From Aplysia californica (Eukaryota): a stretch of DNA of 64,000 bases. This document shows positions 36,001-48,949 of this stretch, piece after piece. The notes beneath the pieces are model-generated. The model saw only the letters and a program-made list of their open reading frames with translations, did not search any database and was not told where the DNA came from. Made by a program: the position numbers and the translations under genes. The first letter of the stretch is position 1; each line of letters begins with the position of its first letter. The stretch lies in NCBI RefSeq assembly GCF_000002075.1, contig NW_004797499.1:783891-847890 (forward strand), in the 5' to 3' direction.

Positions 36001-39000
36001 GTGGAAAAGGGTGGGGGGTGTTGCTTTGTAAAGTCACCCCCTTTTATTTGTGTTTATTTATTTTTCTTCAATTATGTTCATTTTGATAGTAATTATTAAT
36101 TGGATGTTGCCCCCTAGCTAAAAATTTACCTCTCTTAAGCGAGATTTTTCAAAGATAATGGGAATGAATTGTTAGTGCAACATCAAAGCAACACAGAGAA
36201 CTTGCGTTTTCTTATTGTAGCTGATCAGTTATCTTTCATGAATGTGCTTTTTCATATTTGTTCAGAATAGTTCAGTGGAATGACTGGACATGAACATTTT
36301 CTATTTAATATTTGTAATGTGGGTGTACTTTTTAGTCATGATGATAAATGTTTTCAGTTTCTCTAAGTAAAATGTCAGATCAAAATTGCAGTTACAATCT
36401 TATTAAAGAACCTTTTGCAAGGTTAAAATTTTTCAACTCTATGGATTTCTGTGATGTATAGGGTACTAGTCAGCTTACTGAACTTTGTCATATTCTGTGT
36501 AAAAGGCGTTAACAAATTCAAGTTTTTCCTCAAAATAGGATTTATTCATTTTAATGAAGAAGTACTTTGTTGTGTGTATGGAACAGTTTGTTATAAAATA
36601 ATCAAAAGTGTTTTACATTACTTTACAAGCATGCGTTAGCAGTAACATGGATTTTATTGCTGTTTTTTTCCCCCCTGAGTCAAGATGTTGACTGTCACTC
36701 TCTTTTATAATAATTCATAACTGGTAAATGATAACATGAGTAGCATGATGTTTTGTTGTTTCACTGTGTGAACAGGTACAGACCCGTCCCCTATGGCAAC
36801 CACTCTTACATAGAAGTCTTGGATGAAAAGAAAGAACTTCCCTTGTACGGCTCAGGAGGCATCCGTTTCCTTTGGGATACAAAGTAAGTCTTTTTGTTTT
36901 AGTTCAAATCTAGTCTTTATGCTATATTGTTCTGCTTCGGTGGCGTTGGTAGCGACGGACTTGTAATCGTGAGACTCCGGGTTCTGGGAGTCGAGCCTCA
37001 GCTCGGTTGGACGTTGTGTCCTAGGCAAAGGCACTTTACACAAATTTCCCATTTGGCTTGGTCCTTTCGGAGATGGACGTTAAACTCAGAGGCCCGCCTC
37101 TTAAATTACCTAATAATGTTGATAGGGGCACTAAACTTGTACAATTTAATAACTTTTTTGTTCTGTTTCATATTTCTGCTTTTCCTTTAATCCCTTAAAA
37201 AAAAAGGTCAGGGTTTTCCACTTGCAGGTTGTTTGTCCAGCCAGTGTTGTGTTCCTCCCCCGTATCTTGTCCGTTTCCTTCAGTCCCAATACCTAGTGCA
37301 CTGTGCTAGTCAAATTCGTTTGATTGAGTCGGGGCCTGCCAGATTTTCCTTCACATAGGAGACAAACGCTTTCATTTTGGCACAGTTAGACCAAATTCGA
37401 CTGTGACCTTCAGAAACAAGTGTGTTTGTTTTTCAAGGGTATTAGTTGAATCAGTTGTATTGTGTGTCTGTAGACTAAGCTTCAAATAGTTTAGTTGACA
37501 ATATATTTAAATGAAGTTCTTTTAATTCTTGTTTTCTTTTAGGTTTGACTCTGCCATGGTTGCCTTTTTAGAGTGCTTGCAGCAGGTAAGCTATCCCAAT
37601 ACGAATTTTTCATCGTGCATTTATTCAGTTTAATATCATTATATTATGCTTGGAGGCAGGGTTTAAAAAAAAATAAAAAAATATGGGTTTAAGAAAATTT
37701 TCTTTAATGCCATAGAACTTTAAGCTTACATTGTACCATTGAAAAGATTGTGTGAAATTGATCACGGCATACAGTCTGTTGGTGTAAGGAGTGTAGAAAT
37801 CTCTGTGGACAGAGATTTGCTTGAGACATTGAATTTCATTTATAAATATTAAACTTTGTGATATGTGGGTCTATTACACAATAGTTATTTCATATAGTGT
37901 GTTGGAAGATTGATGAATATGGAAGGCCATAAATGCTTTCTTTTGTTAGTTATCTCAATCTGGTTCATACTAGCAGAATTTCATTCATTGTTCCCAATAC
38001 CTGCTGTGCTCTTTCAGTTCCGAGATGAAGTTCAGAAAGAAGACTCAAGTTTCAACCTTCCTTACAAAATGAGCAAAGGGAAAATCTTCGAAGGAGAGAA
38101 GACCCAGTATTCCATCAAGTAAGTCTAGTTTAGTTGTCTCATACTGTTTTTTCATATTTGTTTTCAAAGGGAACAACCTGTGTCTCCGGTTAAGTTGTTA
38201 GGCGCTTCACATTCACACTCGAAAGACCTGAGTTCCATTTCTGTGTGGGGAAAATTTTTATTGATTACCTCTATCCCTTTTTTTCGCCCCCTCCTGCCCA
38301 CCCAGCAGAAATGGGTACCTGACTTCGAGTTGGGGAAGTAAAGGCAGCATAGAAAGGAACCGGACACCCTACCTCAATATGCCGAAGGCCCAGGAAGTTG
38401 TTTCACTAACAAGGCAATCCCCAATGTCCGGATCGGATACGGGAACAACTTTACTTTTTTTTACCTCTGTCCCTCTCTATCCTTCTGCAGGGATATTTAA
38501 TCCCTCTCAGTCCGGGTTGGCCCTCATAAGTGATCTAAATTGTATTGATGGTGTTAAACACCTGCATCAAAAAAAAAAAGAAAAAGAAGAAGGAACTGAC
38601 ACTTCGTGGGTGGTTGGAGGGTGGCACTAGTAGATACTGCTTGTTTACTTTCCCTCCATTGTTTCTGTATGTCTAGCTTGCTTTTTTCCCCCAGAACATT
38701 GTGTATGTTATTGGGTTGTTGTGTTTTCCTTTGCTCAAAACCTAAGCAAACGCTTTGTTCAATGGGCTGTTGACTACTGAGCACATCTGTTGGTCTGACC
38801 ACCGACATAAATGGACAGAATGAGCATTTGAAGGTGACCATGTCCATCACATTGGTAGAGATGTGTACACATGGCAGGTTTTGTTAGTCGATGGTGTTTT
38901 GAAATCGTGAAAACCATTCGCCTCCACCCTACAGTACAGAAATGATATGAGCACCAAGAATGTCACCTTTCTATTATGCTCACCAATATAAGGAATAATG

Positions 39001-39633
39001 GCTTTCAGAAAGCATTTTCTGAATTAAATTGACTGTCATACAACATTTATTGGTAATTTTTTTATCTGACAATCCTGATTGCCTTGGGAAATGGTTCAAC
39101 ACTGTTAACTGTATAAAAAGATGAGAACAGAGTTTCAATTTATGTTTCGAAAATAAGATTCCTTTGATTGTTTTATCAGAGTCTATGTGTAGTACAATAA
39201 GTTCCTTCTTTTTTTAGTTTGGTGGGTGGCTGACAGATGCTCTGGTGTGATTTCTGATCAACCATTTATTGTCCTTATTTCTACTCTTTCTTTTTTTGTA
39301 TGTTACTCTCTAGTGACACCTCCAATCTAAGGCATTTGTATGACCTAATTGAGTTGCAAGTGCTGCAAAACTCTTACTAAAATTTTAAAAACTTAATTCT
39401 AACCTTGAAGGAAATGATGAGGCATAAAGAGGACCAAGTTATTCAATATTTCAAACATTCTTTTGCTTCCTATACATTCTCACCACCAACATTCTCTAAC
39501 CACATTTCTGCGTATGTTCCGCAGAATGCAGTTCAATTCGGAGGAACAGTGGACCAAAGCTCTCAAGTACATGCTAACCAACCTCAAGTGGGCTTTGGCT
39601 TGGCTGTCTGCCCGCAGGAGTCTGGGAGAATGA
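27063..39633 (+). CDS. BECN1: Beclin-1 / ATG6, 16 coding exons, 443 aa
   Basis: Exons: 27063-27210 (GC donor), 28848-28903, 29503-29558, 29919-29997, 30551-30613, 31073-31146, 32267-32339, 33626-33750, 34291-34353, 34813-34896, 35208-35268, 35802-35890, 36776-36883, 37543-37585, 38018-38118, 39525-39633. All phases join into a 1332-nt frame. Diagnostic peptides: [24 protein letters not shown], coiled coil, [67 protein letters not shown]. Confidence 0.97.
27639..27983. repeat. Four copies of a ~33-bp hairpin-forming palindrome in Beclin intron 1
   Basis: AAGTACGGCTAG-N9-CTAGCCGTACTT at about 27640, 27870, 27903 and 27950. Confidence 0.85.
32375..32722 (-). mobile_element. 3' part of the same CORE-type SINE with an internal tandem expansion
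   Basis: Matches the rc of about 14065-14270. 32575-32722 holds about six degenerate ~25-bp copies of ctgtctatggcc(a/t)ggtacycatt. Confidence 0.7.
38178..38464 (+). mobile_element. SINE with an RTE-type ACTTT-repeat tail
   Basis: Decayed tRNA-like head, CCCAGCAGAAATGGGTACCTGAC...GGGGAAGTAAAGG, tail GGGAACAACTTTACTTT. Confidence 0.55.
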
Positions 39634-40948
39634 CCATGCAGTCTTGAAAGCAAACTAGTAGAGAGCGACTGAAATTAACTTTAAAAAAATAATTTTTAAG
39701 TTACAATTCTACACAGGAATACAATACAACTAATTTCTGTAATTACCAAATACTGTGAATGCCTAAACTTTTTCATTAAAAAACCCAACTTTTAAAAGTA
39801 ATTGCTCTGTTCAGGAAACAAACTTGTTTAAAAATTGTGGCCTGCAGAGAAAGCTGAATAAATGGTGTTGGATAGAAACTGAACTGTTGGTTGAATATGG
39901 TTGAGCATTTCCCATCATTGTCTGTCTATTGCATGAAAAACTGACTTAATTGTACAATGAAAATGTGCTTAGTAAATGAAAAAAAAAAATTGGCTTGTGA
40001 TCAGCTATTTTGCAAGACAGGCAGTTGATACGAATCTTGACTGATGCTTTAACGAAATGGTGACATTGATAATGATGATTGCATTCGTGTTATAGTGTGC
40101 ACTGAATGGTCATTGGTAAATGCTCTACAATTTCCTAGCAAACCTGATGCGACAATGTGGATTTTTCAGGTTCTGTATAAGCAAGATGAATGATATGCTG
40201 AGTACTTCTTTCTATTGTTTCATGCATAAATATATTCCTCTGTGTNNNNNNNNNNNNNNNNNNNNNNNNNNNNNNNNNNNNNNNNNNNNNNNNNNNNNNN
40301 NNNNNNNNNNNNNNNNNNNNNNNNNNNNNNNNNNNNNNNNNNNNNNNNNNNNNNNNNNNNNNNNNNNNNNNNNNNNNNNNNNNNNNNNNNNNNNNNNNNN
40401 NATTACCAAGTCTTTCAAATTGCTATGTCAAGCATTTGCATAAAAGCCAACCCCTCTAATAACATGTAATTGCTTGTGTTAGAAAAAATATATTCAAACA
40501 TGCTCATAGTCATAGTTTGTCCTCTCTTCTGTATTGTCCTGATATTCCTACATCCATTGGCTTTCTTTTTTTAAACTTTACCTCATCATCACTGTATGCA
40601 TCCAAGTGTAACCCCCCCCCCCAAGTGCTCATTCTCTCTTACTTGCCCTTACAGTCTATACTATTTTGTTTCACCTGTCTTCAAAATTCTAATTTTTGTC
40701 AGTATGTTTGTACATGCATACATGTAGATGCTCACTTACCATTCCAATTTCTGGCAGTAGTAATCCAACCATGGTTATTGCAAGAATATTTGGCAGGTAC
40801 TTTTGGTATTGGTATTACTGTTGTTTATTAATTAGCTGTTTTCTTTTTTGTGTGCGTGTCACAGAGCTGGGTATACAAAAGTCTTGAGAGAAAAAAATTC
40901 ATATTTGCTTATTCCCATCTAGATCTAAATCTCTTTCTGTTTGTGCTA

Positions 40949-41881
40949 CAGTAGTCTCTGCCTAAGATCCCACCTCTTACGATCCCGGTTCGCTTAAGAT
41001 TCCCGCTGTTTTAACAAAACAGAATTTTTACTATACAAAAGTCACCCTTAAGATCCCGCTCTGATTCACTCTGAAGGTCTACATTCGGCTAAGATCCCGC
41101 ATTTCTGATCATAATTTGCGGAATAAAAACCCGGGTGGGCACAGCCGATCAAACAACAGTGAAAAGTTGAGATCAATAAACTGTCCGTCGCGTCAAAGAT
41201 CAGCCACTATCGTGAATGTGATCACATACACGTTGTAAAACAGGATGAAGCGATACAATGTTTGCCCCCGACGGGATCACATCGGGGTGTGAACTGACCG
41301 ACGCGTTTGTTTTCCCCACGCTGGGTGGATAGGGCCTACACGTTCGTTCCAGGCGGGATCACATCGAACCGTGATCTCTTCCATGACCATTGGAGTAGAC
41401 GTTGATTGCAGCAGTTGTCTCTACACCTGAATTTGCTAGACAGACTGAATTTTAATTGGTGTGTTCACGACATAATGGTGTGTAACGACACAGGCATTTT
41501 GGGAGGAGGGGGGGACTCGGTAAGAGATTGAAAGCTATAAGTTTTCGACAGGTAAAGGTGAGGGGCAACTGAATAAACGTAGATCTTGAGACTCATGATT
41601 GGATAATAAGTGAAAATGGCACGCCTTATGGCACTATGCCCTGTGATAGGCCATCAAGGTTAACCACTCTTTGCTCGCCATATATATGTCATAAACCCAC
41701 CAAGGGGTCACATCAGTTCATTTTAGGGTGGAGGGAGACCATTTTACAGATTGTAAGTAATGTAAGCCTTAACATGGGTCCCCATAGATTCTTCCCTGGG
41801 ATCGTCGGTTAAGATCGCGGTTCGCCTAAGATCCCGCATTTCCTTGCTCCCGAGCACCGGGATCTTAGGCAGAGACTACTG
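40949..41881. mobile_element. Tc1/mariner (pogo/Tigger-like) MITE downstream of the Beclin stop codon
   Basis: Perfect 23-bp TIR CAGTAGTCTCTGCCTAAGATCCC, TA on both flanks, multiple subterminal TAAGATCCCG copies, no ORF. Confidence 0.9.
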
Positions 41882-43881
41882 TATTTGATTTCAAAATTTT
41901 TCAGAATGTGGGTGCCTGAAAAGATATTTTAAATTTTTTGGCTGTGTTAACTCAAGCATTTCAGAGTATACCTTCAGTGTTATTATTAGTGTGGGTGAGC
42001 CTCTTTCATTTCTTTTCTTTTTGTTCTGGCTTTTCTAAAACAGGGTTCTTATTTTTTTTGTTACACAGTAGGTCTAGTGGTAGTATTATGAGGCTTTTTT
42101 TGTGTGTGTGGAAAAGCCATTTCTTTTTTATTAAGCAATTCGTTCAGTCACAACACCATCCATATATACCAGAGGGTGAGTTGCAATGTCTTTGGGTGAA
42201 GCAAGCTTACAAAGAGAATTCTTTCTCTTTTGTAAATATTTATGCAAAAGATTTTGACAAATAAACTTTATCAAGCTGTTCTGGTTGCCTGCTTTTTTTG
42301 TATTGCTCCTATGTACTTTGTGGTGTTCTGTCTCTGCGTCAACCTTTAGGCCAAAATAGTTTTTTGACTTTTCATTTCTTGACTTATTATGGATAGTAGC
42401 ATTCTCCTTTGGTTAGAATTGGTGACGTACGGTAAGCCAGTTCACAAAACAAAATGTTCTTTTCATTTGTTTATTGGCTTTTTTGTCAAAGAAGTTAAAT
42501 GAATTCAAGTGGGGGTGTTTTTGGGATGTACCTATGGGCTTTTGGCTATTTCACCTCTTGTCTAAGTTCTGTCTCTATGTGAATGCTTAATTGTGTATGA
42601 TGTATGTATGTACTCCACTGTATTGTTAGGTTCTACTTTTCTTCTTTCCCTCTGTTGTTTCTACCCATCTGTCTTACTTTTCCTGTGCAATAAGTAACCT
42701 TTTTTGTGTTTTATGTGCTTTTCTTCTTCTCAAATCAACCATACAGTTACAATGCAGGTACCAAGTTCTACCAAGATTGTTTCTGGCACTGTATCGATTA
42801 TTTCTAGAATGTCTTAATTCTGTGAACATATTTCATACAGTTGTATCCAACAAAACCAAACCGGATTAATCTGAAAACCAGGTAAACTGAAAGAAAATAG
42901 AAACCTGGATCGTTGCCAATCTTATTGACAGTACAAGAGAAGCTATTACGGGCCGACAGATGAACTGAGCAGAAAGACCCAATACATTTATGGCAGATAC
43001 CTGACTTCAAGTGTGATGCGATCAAAAAGAAGAAACTTGGGTTTATTTCTTTGCTGTTTCAGTCTCTATAAACATGACTAAACTAAAGAAAATCTGCCTG
43101 TCCTGATTTCGGTGCAGACTTCATATTACATCTGTATCAATTATAATTACATGTACATATTTTATAGATAGTATCGTGTTTTCAAATTCCAAAAATAATT
43201 TTAAATGTTTAGTATTTTTAAAGTGAGTACCGTGCAGGCCTTGTGTGTCCGCCTCATCTTCTCTCCCCAGTAAAACATTTAGACTAGAGCCCCCCCCCCN
43301 NNNNNNNNNNNNNNNNNNNNNNNNNNNNNNNNNNNNNNNNNNNNNNNNNNNNNNNNNNNNNNNNNNNNNNNNNNNNNNNNNNNNNNNNNNNNNNNNNNNN
43401 NNNNNNNNNNNNNNNNNNNNNNNNNNNNNNNNNNNNNNNNNNNNNNNNNNNNNNNNNNNNNNNNNNNNNNNNNNNNNNNNNNNNNNNNNNNNNNNNNNNN
43501 NNNNNNNNNNNNNNNNNNNNNNNNNNNNNNNNNNNNNNNNNNNNNNNNNNNNNNNNNNNNNNNNNNNNNNNNNNNNNNNNNNNNNNNNNNNNNNNNNNNN
43601 NNNNNNNNNNNNNNNNNNNNNNNNNNNNNNNNNNNNNNNNNNNNNNNNNNNNNNNNNNNNNNNNNNNNNNNNNNNNNNNNNNNNNNNNNNNNNNNNNNNN
43701 NNNNNNNTCTCTCTCTCTTCCTTCTCCCACGTAAAAACTAAACAAACAATTGTCTGTTTGGGGATATTATTGTATATTTATTCAGATAAAAGGGCTCCGG
43801 AATCGGGTCTGTATTTATTATTATTATCGTTAATTAGATTTTTTTTTAGGTCATCGCCTCCAGCCGTTTTTGTTTTTGTTT

Positions 43882-45322
43882 TTACGTTTTACACTCACAA
43901 TATTCCGGAGGGCATGATCCCCCTAGGCGCGTACACTGAGCGTTACACCACTGGTCCAGCTTTGTGTTCCCTCCCTGAACGTTGATGGCGTAGCAGTACG
44001 GGCCTGTCATTGGACGAGCTGTCGCAGGGGGTGGGGTCACTCTACCCGGATACATTGTGTTTAGTGGCTGATTGGTTCGTGGTTTTGTGGTACCTCCCCC
44101 AAGCTGGAATACGGTTGGTTTAAGTGTGAATGGGGCCCGGGTTGGTTGGGACGCTGTTATTGGTTGAAAGGGTGGTAACGGTCTCGCGGTGGAAGGTGGT
44201 CTGTAGAAAGTGACTGGTGGAGGTCGTGTTGTGCGTGGTGGCTGTGTGGTCCTGCCCCCTAGAGGGAAGACGTTTGGTCTGTAAGTGAAGGGGGCAGAGG
44301 TCAGGGTGATGAGCGGGGCGAAGGTAGGTCTGAATGTAAAGACTGGTTGTGGTTTTATTGTGGGGAGTGGTCTATAGATTGTTGGGCGTGGTGTGGCTGG
44401 TGGGGGGCGTGTGGAAGGTGGTCTGTAAAACGTAACTGGTGGGTTGGTGGGGCGAGTTGTGAAGACGTACTGAGGTGTTCCAGGCTTCATTGATGCCGCT
44501 GGGGACATTGGTACATAGCCTGTTGGTCTTGGGTTTGGTTTTGCAGTAACCGGCGGCTGATACGGCGCATTAGTTACAGGTTGGTAAGGGGACTGAGTGT
44601 ATGGTTGAAATGTGATTGGCTGAAATGTTGGATAGACAGGAGGTTGGGTTTGGGGTGGGGCGTTTGTGTAAGGACGAGACGTGATTGGCTGAAAGGTTGG
44701 GTAAACTGGGGGCTGGGTTTTGGGCGGGGAGTTTGTGTAAGGCTTGAATGTAATTTGCTGAAACGTTGGATAAACAGGCTTTTGTGTTTGAGGAGGGGGG
44801 TTTGTGAATGGCTGAAATGTCACTGGCTGGAATGTCGGATAGACCGGCCTCTGCGTGCTAACAGGGACGCTTGTTACGGGTCTGTATGTGACTGGTTGGA
44901 ACGTGAATGGAGGGTTTGTGACAGGAGCGTTTGTGATTGGTCCGCTGGTAGGGTTGACTCCACCCCCACCAGTAGTAATGCTGATATCTGAACAGCCATA
45001 GAACTCCTCCTGCGGACCGCAACCTTTGCAGCCGTTTCCTTGTCCGTCTTGCCCGTAGCTGTTACCTGTTGGGGTGGGGGGGGGGAGAATTACAGCAGGG
45101 ATTTTAATTGATTCTGTGGTTAATCTAGTTATTTATCTTGTTAAATATGATCTAACTGTGTTGAAAAACTCTTACTTAAACTAGACCTATTTACTTGTAA
45201 TTCTCAACATTAAGAATTTGAACTTTGAGAATTGATATTTCTTGAACACAAGCAACCAATGCAAGAGATTAAGATAGAAGCAACAACAACAAAAACAGCA
45301 ACAGTAATAATATTATATCAGA

Positions 45323-45379
<57 letters not shown>

Positions 45380-48300
45380 TAATAATAATACACTTAAACA
45401 GCTGATCGGTGTTATGCAATTTGACACACAGAATTATTTATGAAATTCCGAAACTGACCGACATGCCACTTCCACTGTAGCACACACTGGGAACACGTCA
45501 CACCCGCGGGAAGTTTGACCTCCACAGGGACTGCGCTGATCTTGGTGCCCAGGTCAAAACGTGTGCCGCTACCGTCTGCCAGCTGGAGCAGGTGTCTGGT
45601 GAGGTCGTAAATATATATAATATAGTCTATATAATATTAAGAATAATAAATAAATGATAAAATAAATTACTTTTTAAAAAAAAATCCCCATGAGGAAAGA
45701 TGGGTCACAATGGCAAAATGCATACGTAAAAACATGATTAGAAATACGCCGAAATTCAAACTCAAATAGATATATAACTGCATACATAAATAAACAATTT
45801 AACACCAATTCAGAGCAATTTCACGAACATGTCATTGCTGGTCGCCTTTGTGCGGTTCCCTGTTTTTTTTGTTTTTTTTTACTTGGGTTGTTGTGTCTTG
45901 CCCAAGGACACATCCCAGTGACCATCCATTTAACACACATGAATTCACTGCTCACTTTGCCACTGGAGCCCCCGATTTGTTATTTATTATTATATGATTT
46001 TTTGTGGTGATTTGTTGTCATTGTTTTTTGTTTGTTTTTAGAGTAGGGTTTGTTACGGCCCCATCGACACGAATTAGTAATAATGGGCTGGCTTCCGACC
46101 CTGCCTTCCAGAGCCAACCCGGGCTGAAGGTGGAAACAAGATTCCAGCAGAAACACCGAGATACATATTATTTTACTCTATATGAAATTATCTTTCCTAT
46201 CAAATATCTGTCGTCCTGGTCTCACTTCCTTCTTTTTTTATGTTGCTACTCACCTGTACTGTACCACCTCTAACTAATGTTCAACACTTATTTGACATAA
46301 TGTGTTTCAAGTGTCGTAAAACTCGTACTACAACTAAAAATGCGTGAGTACCTGTCCAAACAGTCCTGCGTTACTGGTGTGCTTGGGGAGTTGTGTGGGC
46401 AGAGTCTGAACTCGAACCAGCCCAGGTGGTTGGCCGTTATCATCACTTTCATCGTCACCGTCTGTCAGAAAGGAGAAAAGTAAGTGAGCACACGCGCGAT
46501 GATGATGATGATGACATACTTTAACTTTAACACACAGAACCACATTTCTNNNNNNNNNNNNNNNNNNNNNNNNNNNNNNNNNNNNNNNNNNNNNNNNNNN
46601 NNNNNNNNNNNNNNNNNNNNNNNNNNNNNNNNNNNNNNNNNNNNNNNNNNNNNNNNNNNNNNNNNNNNNNNNNNNNNNNNNNNNNNNNNNNNNNNNNNNN
46701 NNNNNNNNNNNNNNNNNNNNNNNNNNNNNNNNNNNNNNNNNNNNNNNNNNNNNNNNNNNNNNNNNNNNNNNNNNNNNNNNNNNNNNNNNNNNNNNNNNNN
46801 NNNNNNNNNNNNNNNNNNNNNNNNNNNNNNNNNNNNNNNNNNNNNNNNNNNNNNNNNNNNNNNNNNNNNNNNNNNNNNNNNNNNNNNNNNNNNNNNNNNN
46901 NNNNNNNNNNNNNNNNNNNNNNNNNNNNNNNNNNNNNNNNNNNNNNNNNNNNNNNNNNNNNNNNNNNNNNNNNNNNNNNNNNNNNNNNNNNNNNNNNNNN
47001 NNNNNNNNNNNNNNNNNNNNNNNNNNNNNNNNNNNNNNNNNNNNNNNNNNNNNNNNNNNNNNNNNNNNNNNNNNNNNNNNNNNNNNNNNNNNNNNNNNTA
47101 ATGAGTATATTATGATAGGTTCAGGGTTCATATAACATTTCAGACAGGGATTACTGCATACCCCACACCCACCCCTGTTTATACCCCCCCCCCTCCTTAC
47201 CATTCAAAACTGGTTTTGTGCGATTGAGAATACCGTAGTGATTGTAATAGAGAGTACAGTGCAGATATACGTTGTTGTCAAGGATCATCAAACACCCCAC
47301 ACTGATCGCCCCTGTTTTTACCCCCCCCCTTTCCCATACTGGTTCTGTGGGGGTTAAGAATACCGCAATGAAAGTAATAAAGAGTATAAAATGATACCTG
47401 CAGAGTACAGGTATTCATTTCTGACAGGGATAATCGCTCACCCCGAACTCACCTCTGTTGACACCCCACTGGTTCTGTGGCGTTGAGAACACCGTCATCA
47501 TGGTAGCAATGAGTATATTATTAAGTACTGGATTCGTTCAGAATACAGATTATATACATTTCTCAAAGTGATAAGAGCACACTTGACGCCCAACTAGTTC
47601 TATGGTTGAGAACATCGTAACGATAGTAACAATGAGTATAATAATATGATACGTGCAGATGTACGTTGCTGCCGGTAGGATCACCGCATACCCCAAACTC
47701 ACCTCTGTTGACTCTCCGCTGATTCTGTGTGTGTGTGTGGGGGGGGGGGGGGGGGGGATACCATAATGCTAATAACGTTAATTATAATATGTGCAAATGC
47801 ACACATAGATCAGAAACAAATCAAACTCTTTACAGGAAGTGACTCTTTGAAATCGTCACAGGCGCCTTTTATTGAAAGTTATCGTGTTTGCTAGAGCAAG
47901 TGTAATATTATCTCTTTTTTACTTTTTTCAAGACTCCTTGCTGTTACCTTACTGTGTTTGTTGTATCCCTTGTTGCATGGTTATGTTGATATTGACTAAT
48001 GTTTCCCTGACCGCCTCTATCCATCTTTTCCTGGGCTTAATATTAACAAAGATAAAGCAGTCCAACAATCTAACCGAAAGAAACAGAGGGGGCTCTCGTG
48101 GTTTAGAGGTTAAGGTGTTAACGTCTCATTCAACAGATCCCAGGTTCCAGTCCGGAGAGCGACGGAAGTTTGTCTTCTCTAATTTGTCTCCTTTCACCTC
48201 CTTACCTGCTCTCAAGCAATATTCTATCGTCTGCTTTCGTCTTCACTTTCTGCCCACACCCCTCACCTCCTTTGCTCCCTCCTCATGACTTCTCACTCTT

Positions 48301-48610
48301 TCTGCAGCCTTTCTACTGTTACTCCTTGGCCCCTTCTTATTGCTGTCTTTCAGCCACACCCCTGATCTTATAGTAGGTAAGATCTAATACCAAACCGTCT
48401 CGGACAGGGGCGAAAAATGTCGGAGGTCTCGTGTGCAAGTTGCACACGTTAAAGATCCCTTGGTGGTCCAAAATCGATAAGAGTAGACTTCGGCCGCCAC
48501 TCGGGGCAGAATACAAAATTTTCTTCCAACTGAAAATGGTCAATATGTCCCGCGCGTTCATTTGACCTTATGCAGTTGCGAGCGCCGTAAAACACTTACC
48601 AAAAAACCCC

Positions 48611-48648
<38 letters not shown>

Positions 48649-48856
48649 AACCAACAACCAAAGAGAGGCCATCACTTACATAGTAGCCTCCACAGTTGAG
48701 TCGGTTATCGTCGTAGTTTATGGGTGTCTTGAAGTTCTCCCGCCACATACTGGCACGTGCCGGGGGGTCCATCAGGTACCCATGACCTTGACACAGTTCT
48801 GGGAGGCTGACCAGTGCCCACAACAACAGAGCCCTCGTCGCCGCGTCTTGGACCAT
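43882..48856 (-). CDS. Secreted AA15-type lytic polysaccharide monooxygenase (chitin-binding type-4 / LPMO_10-like domain) with P/T-rich linker and C-terminal 6-Cys domain
   Basis: Exon 48856-48680: signal peptide ending CQG, then HGYLMDPPARASMWR...NYDDNRLNCGG. Exon 2 is not seen and is probably in the gap at 46550-47098. Exon 46461-46352: ITANHLGWFEFRLCP. Exon 45595-45459: KLPAGVTCSQCVLQWKW. Exon 45065-43882: GNSYG...GCGPQEEFYGCSDI, linker, then CYA...DQWCNAQC...CPPEYCEC. His1 and the TANH His form the histidine brace. Phases of the last three exons join. Confidence 0.92.
47099..47740 (-). repeat. About five degenerate ~125-130 bp tandem units, each a copy of an intron end plus the start of LPMO exon 2
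   Basis: Minus strand reads cag|NQRRVNRGEFGVCGDP from 47724, cag|NQWGVNRGEFGVSDYP from 47474, and GINRGGCGVCSNP near 47190-47146, matching the AA15 QWxxNxGxCGVCGDP motif. Confidence 0.75.
48088..48606 (+). mobile_element. tRNA-derived SINE, family A, near full length (Deu/Nin-like central domain)
   Basis: Head GGGGGCTCTCGTGGTTTAGAGG with A/B-box-like motifs, pyrimidine-rich body, segment CGGAGGTCTCGTG...GTTAAAGATCCCTTGG, and tail GACCTTATGCAGTTGCGAGCGCCGTAAAACACTTAC. Other copies or fragments at about 6177-6280, 26361-26580, 55921-56281, 56583-57106, 59820-59880 and 62395-62782. Confidence 0.85.
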
Positions 48857-48949
48857 AGCTCAGGCTGTCGTGGAAGTTTGTCTGTTTGTGGATGAAGTGG
48901 ACAAAGTGGACAACAATGAATATGTAATGTAATGGACAATTAAGTACCT

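Noticed and set aside
4015-39633. Functional autophagy cluster linking the E-box-bearing SLC22 gene and Beclin-1
   Set aside because: The genes are over 20 kb apart with another gene between them; proximity alone is not evidence in an animal genome.
44581-44991. 136-aa Trp/Cys-rich ORF on the + strand
   Set aside because: Antisense shadow of the repetitive LPMO linker.
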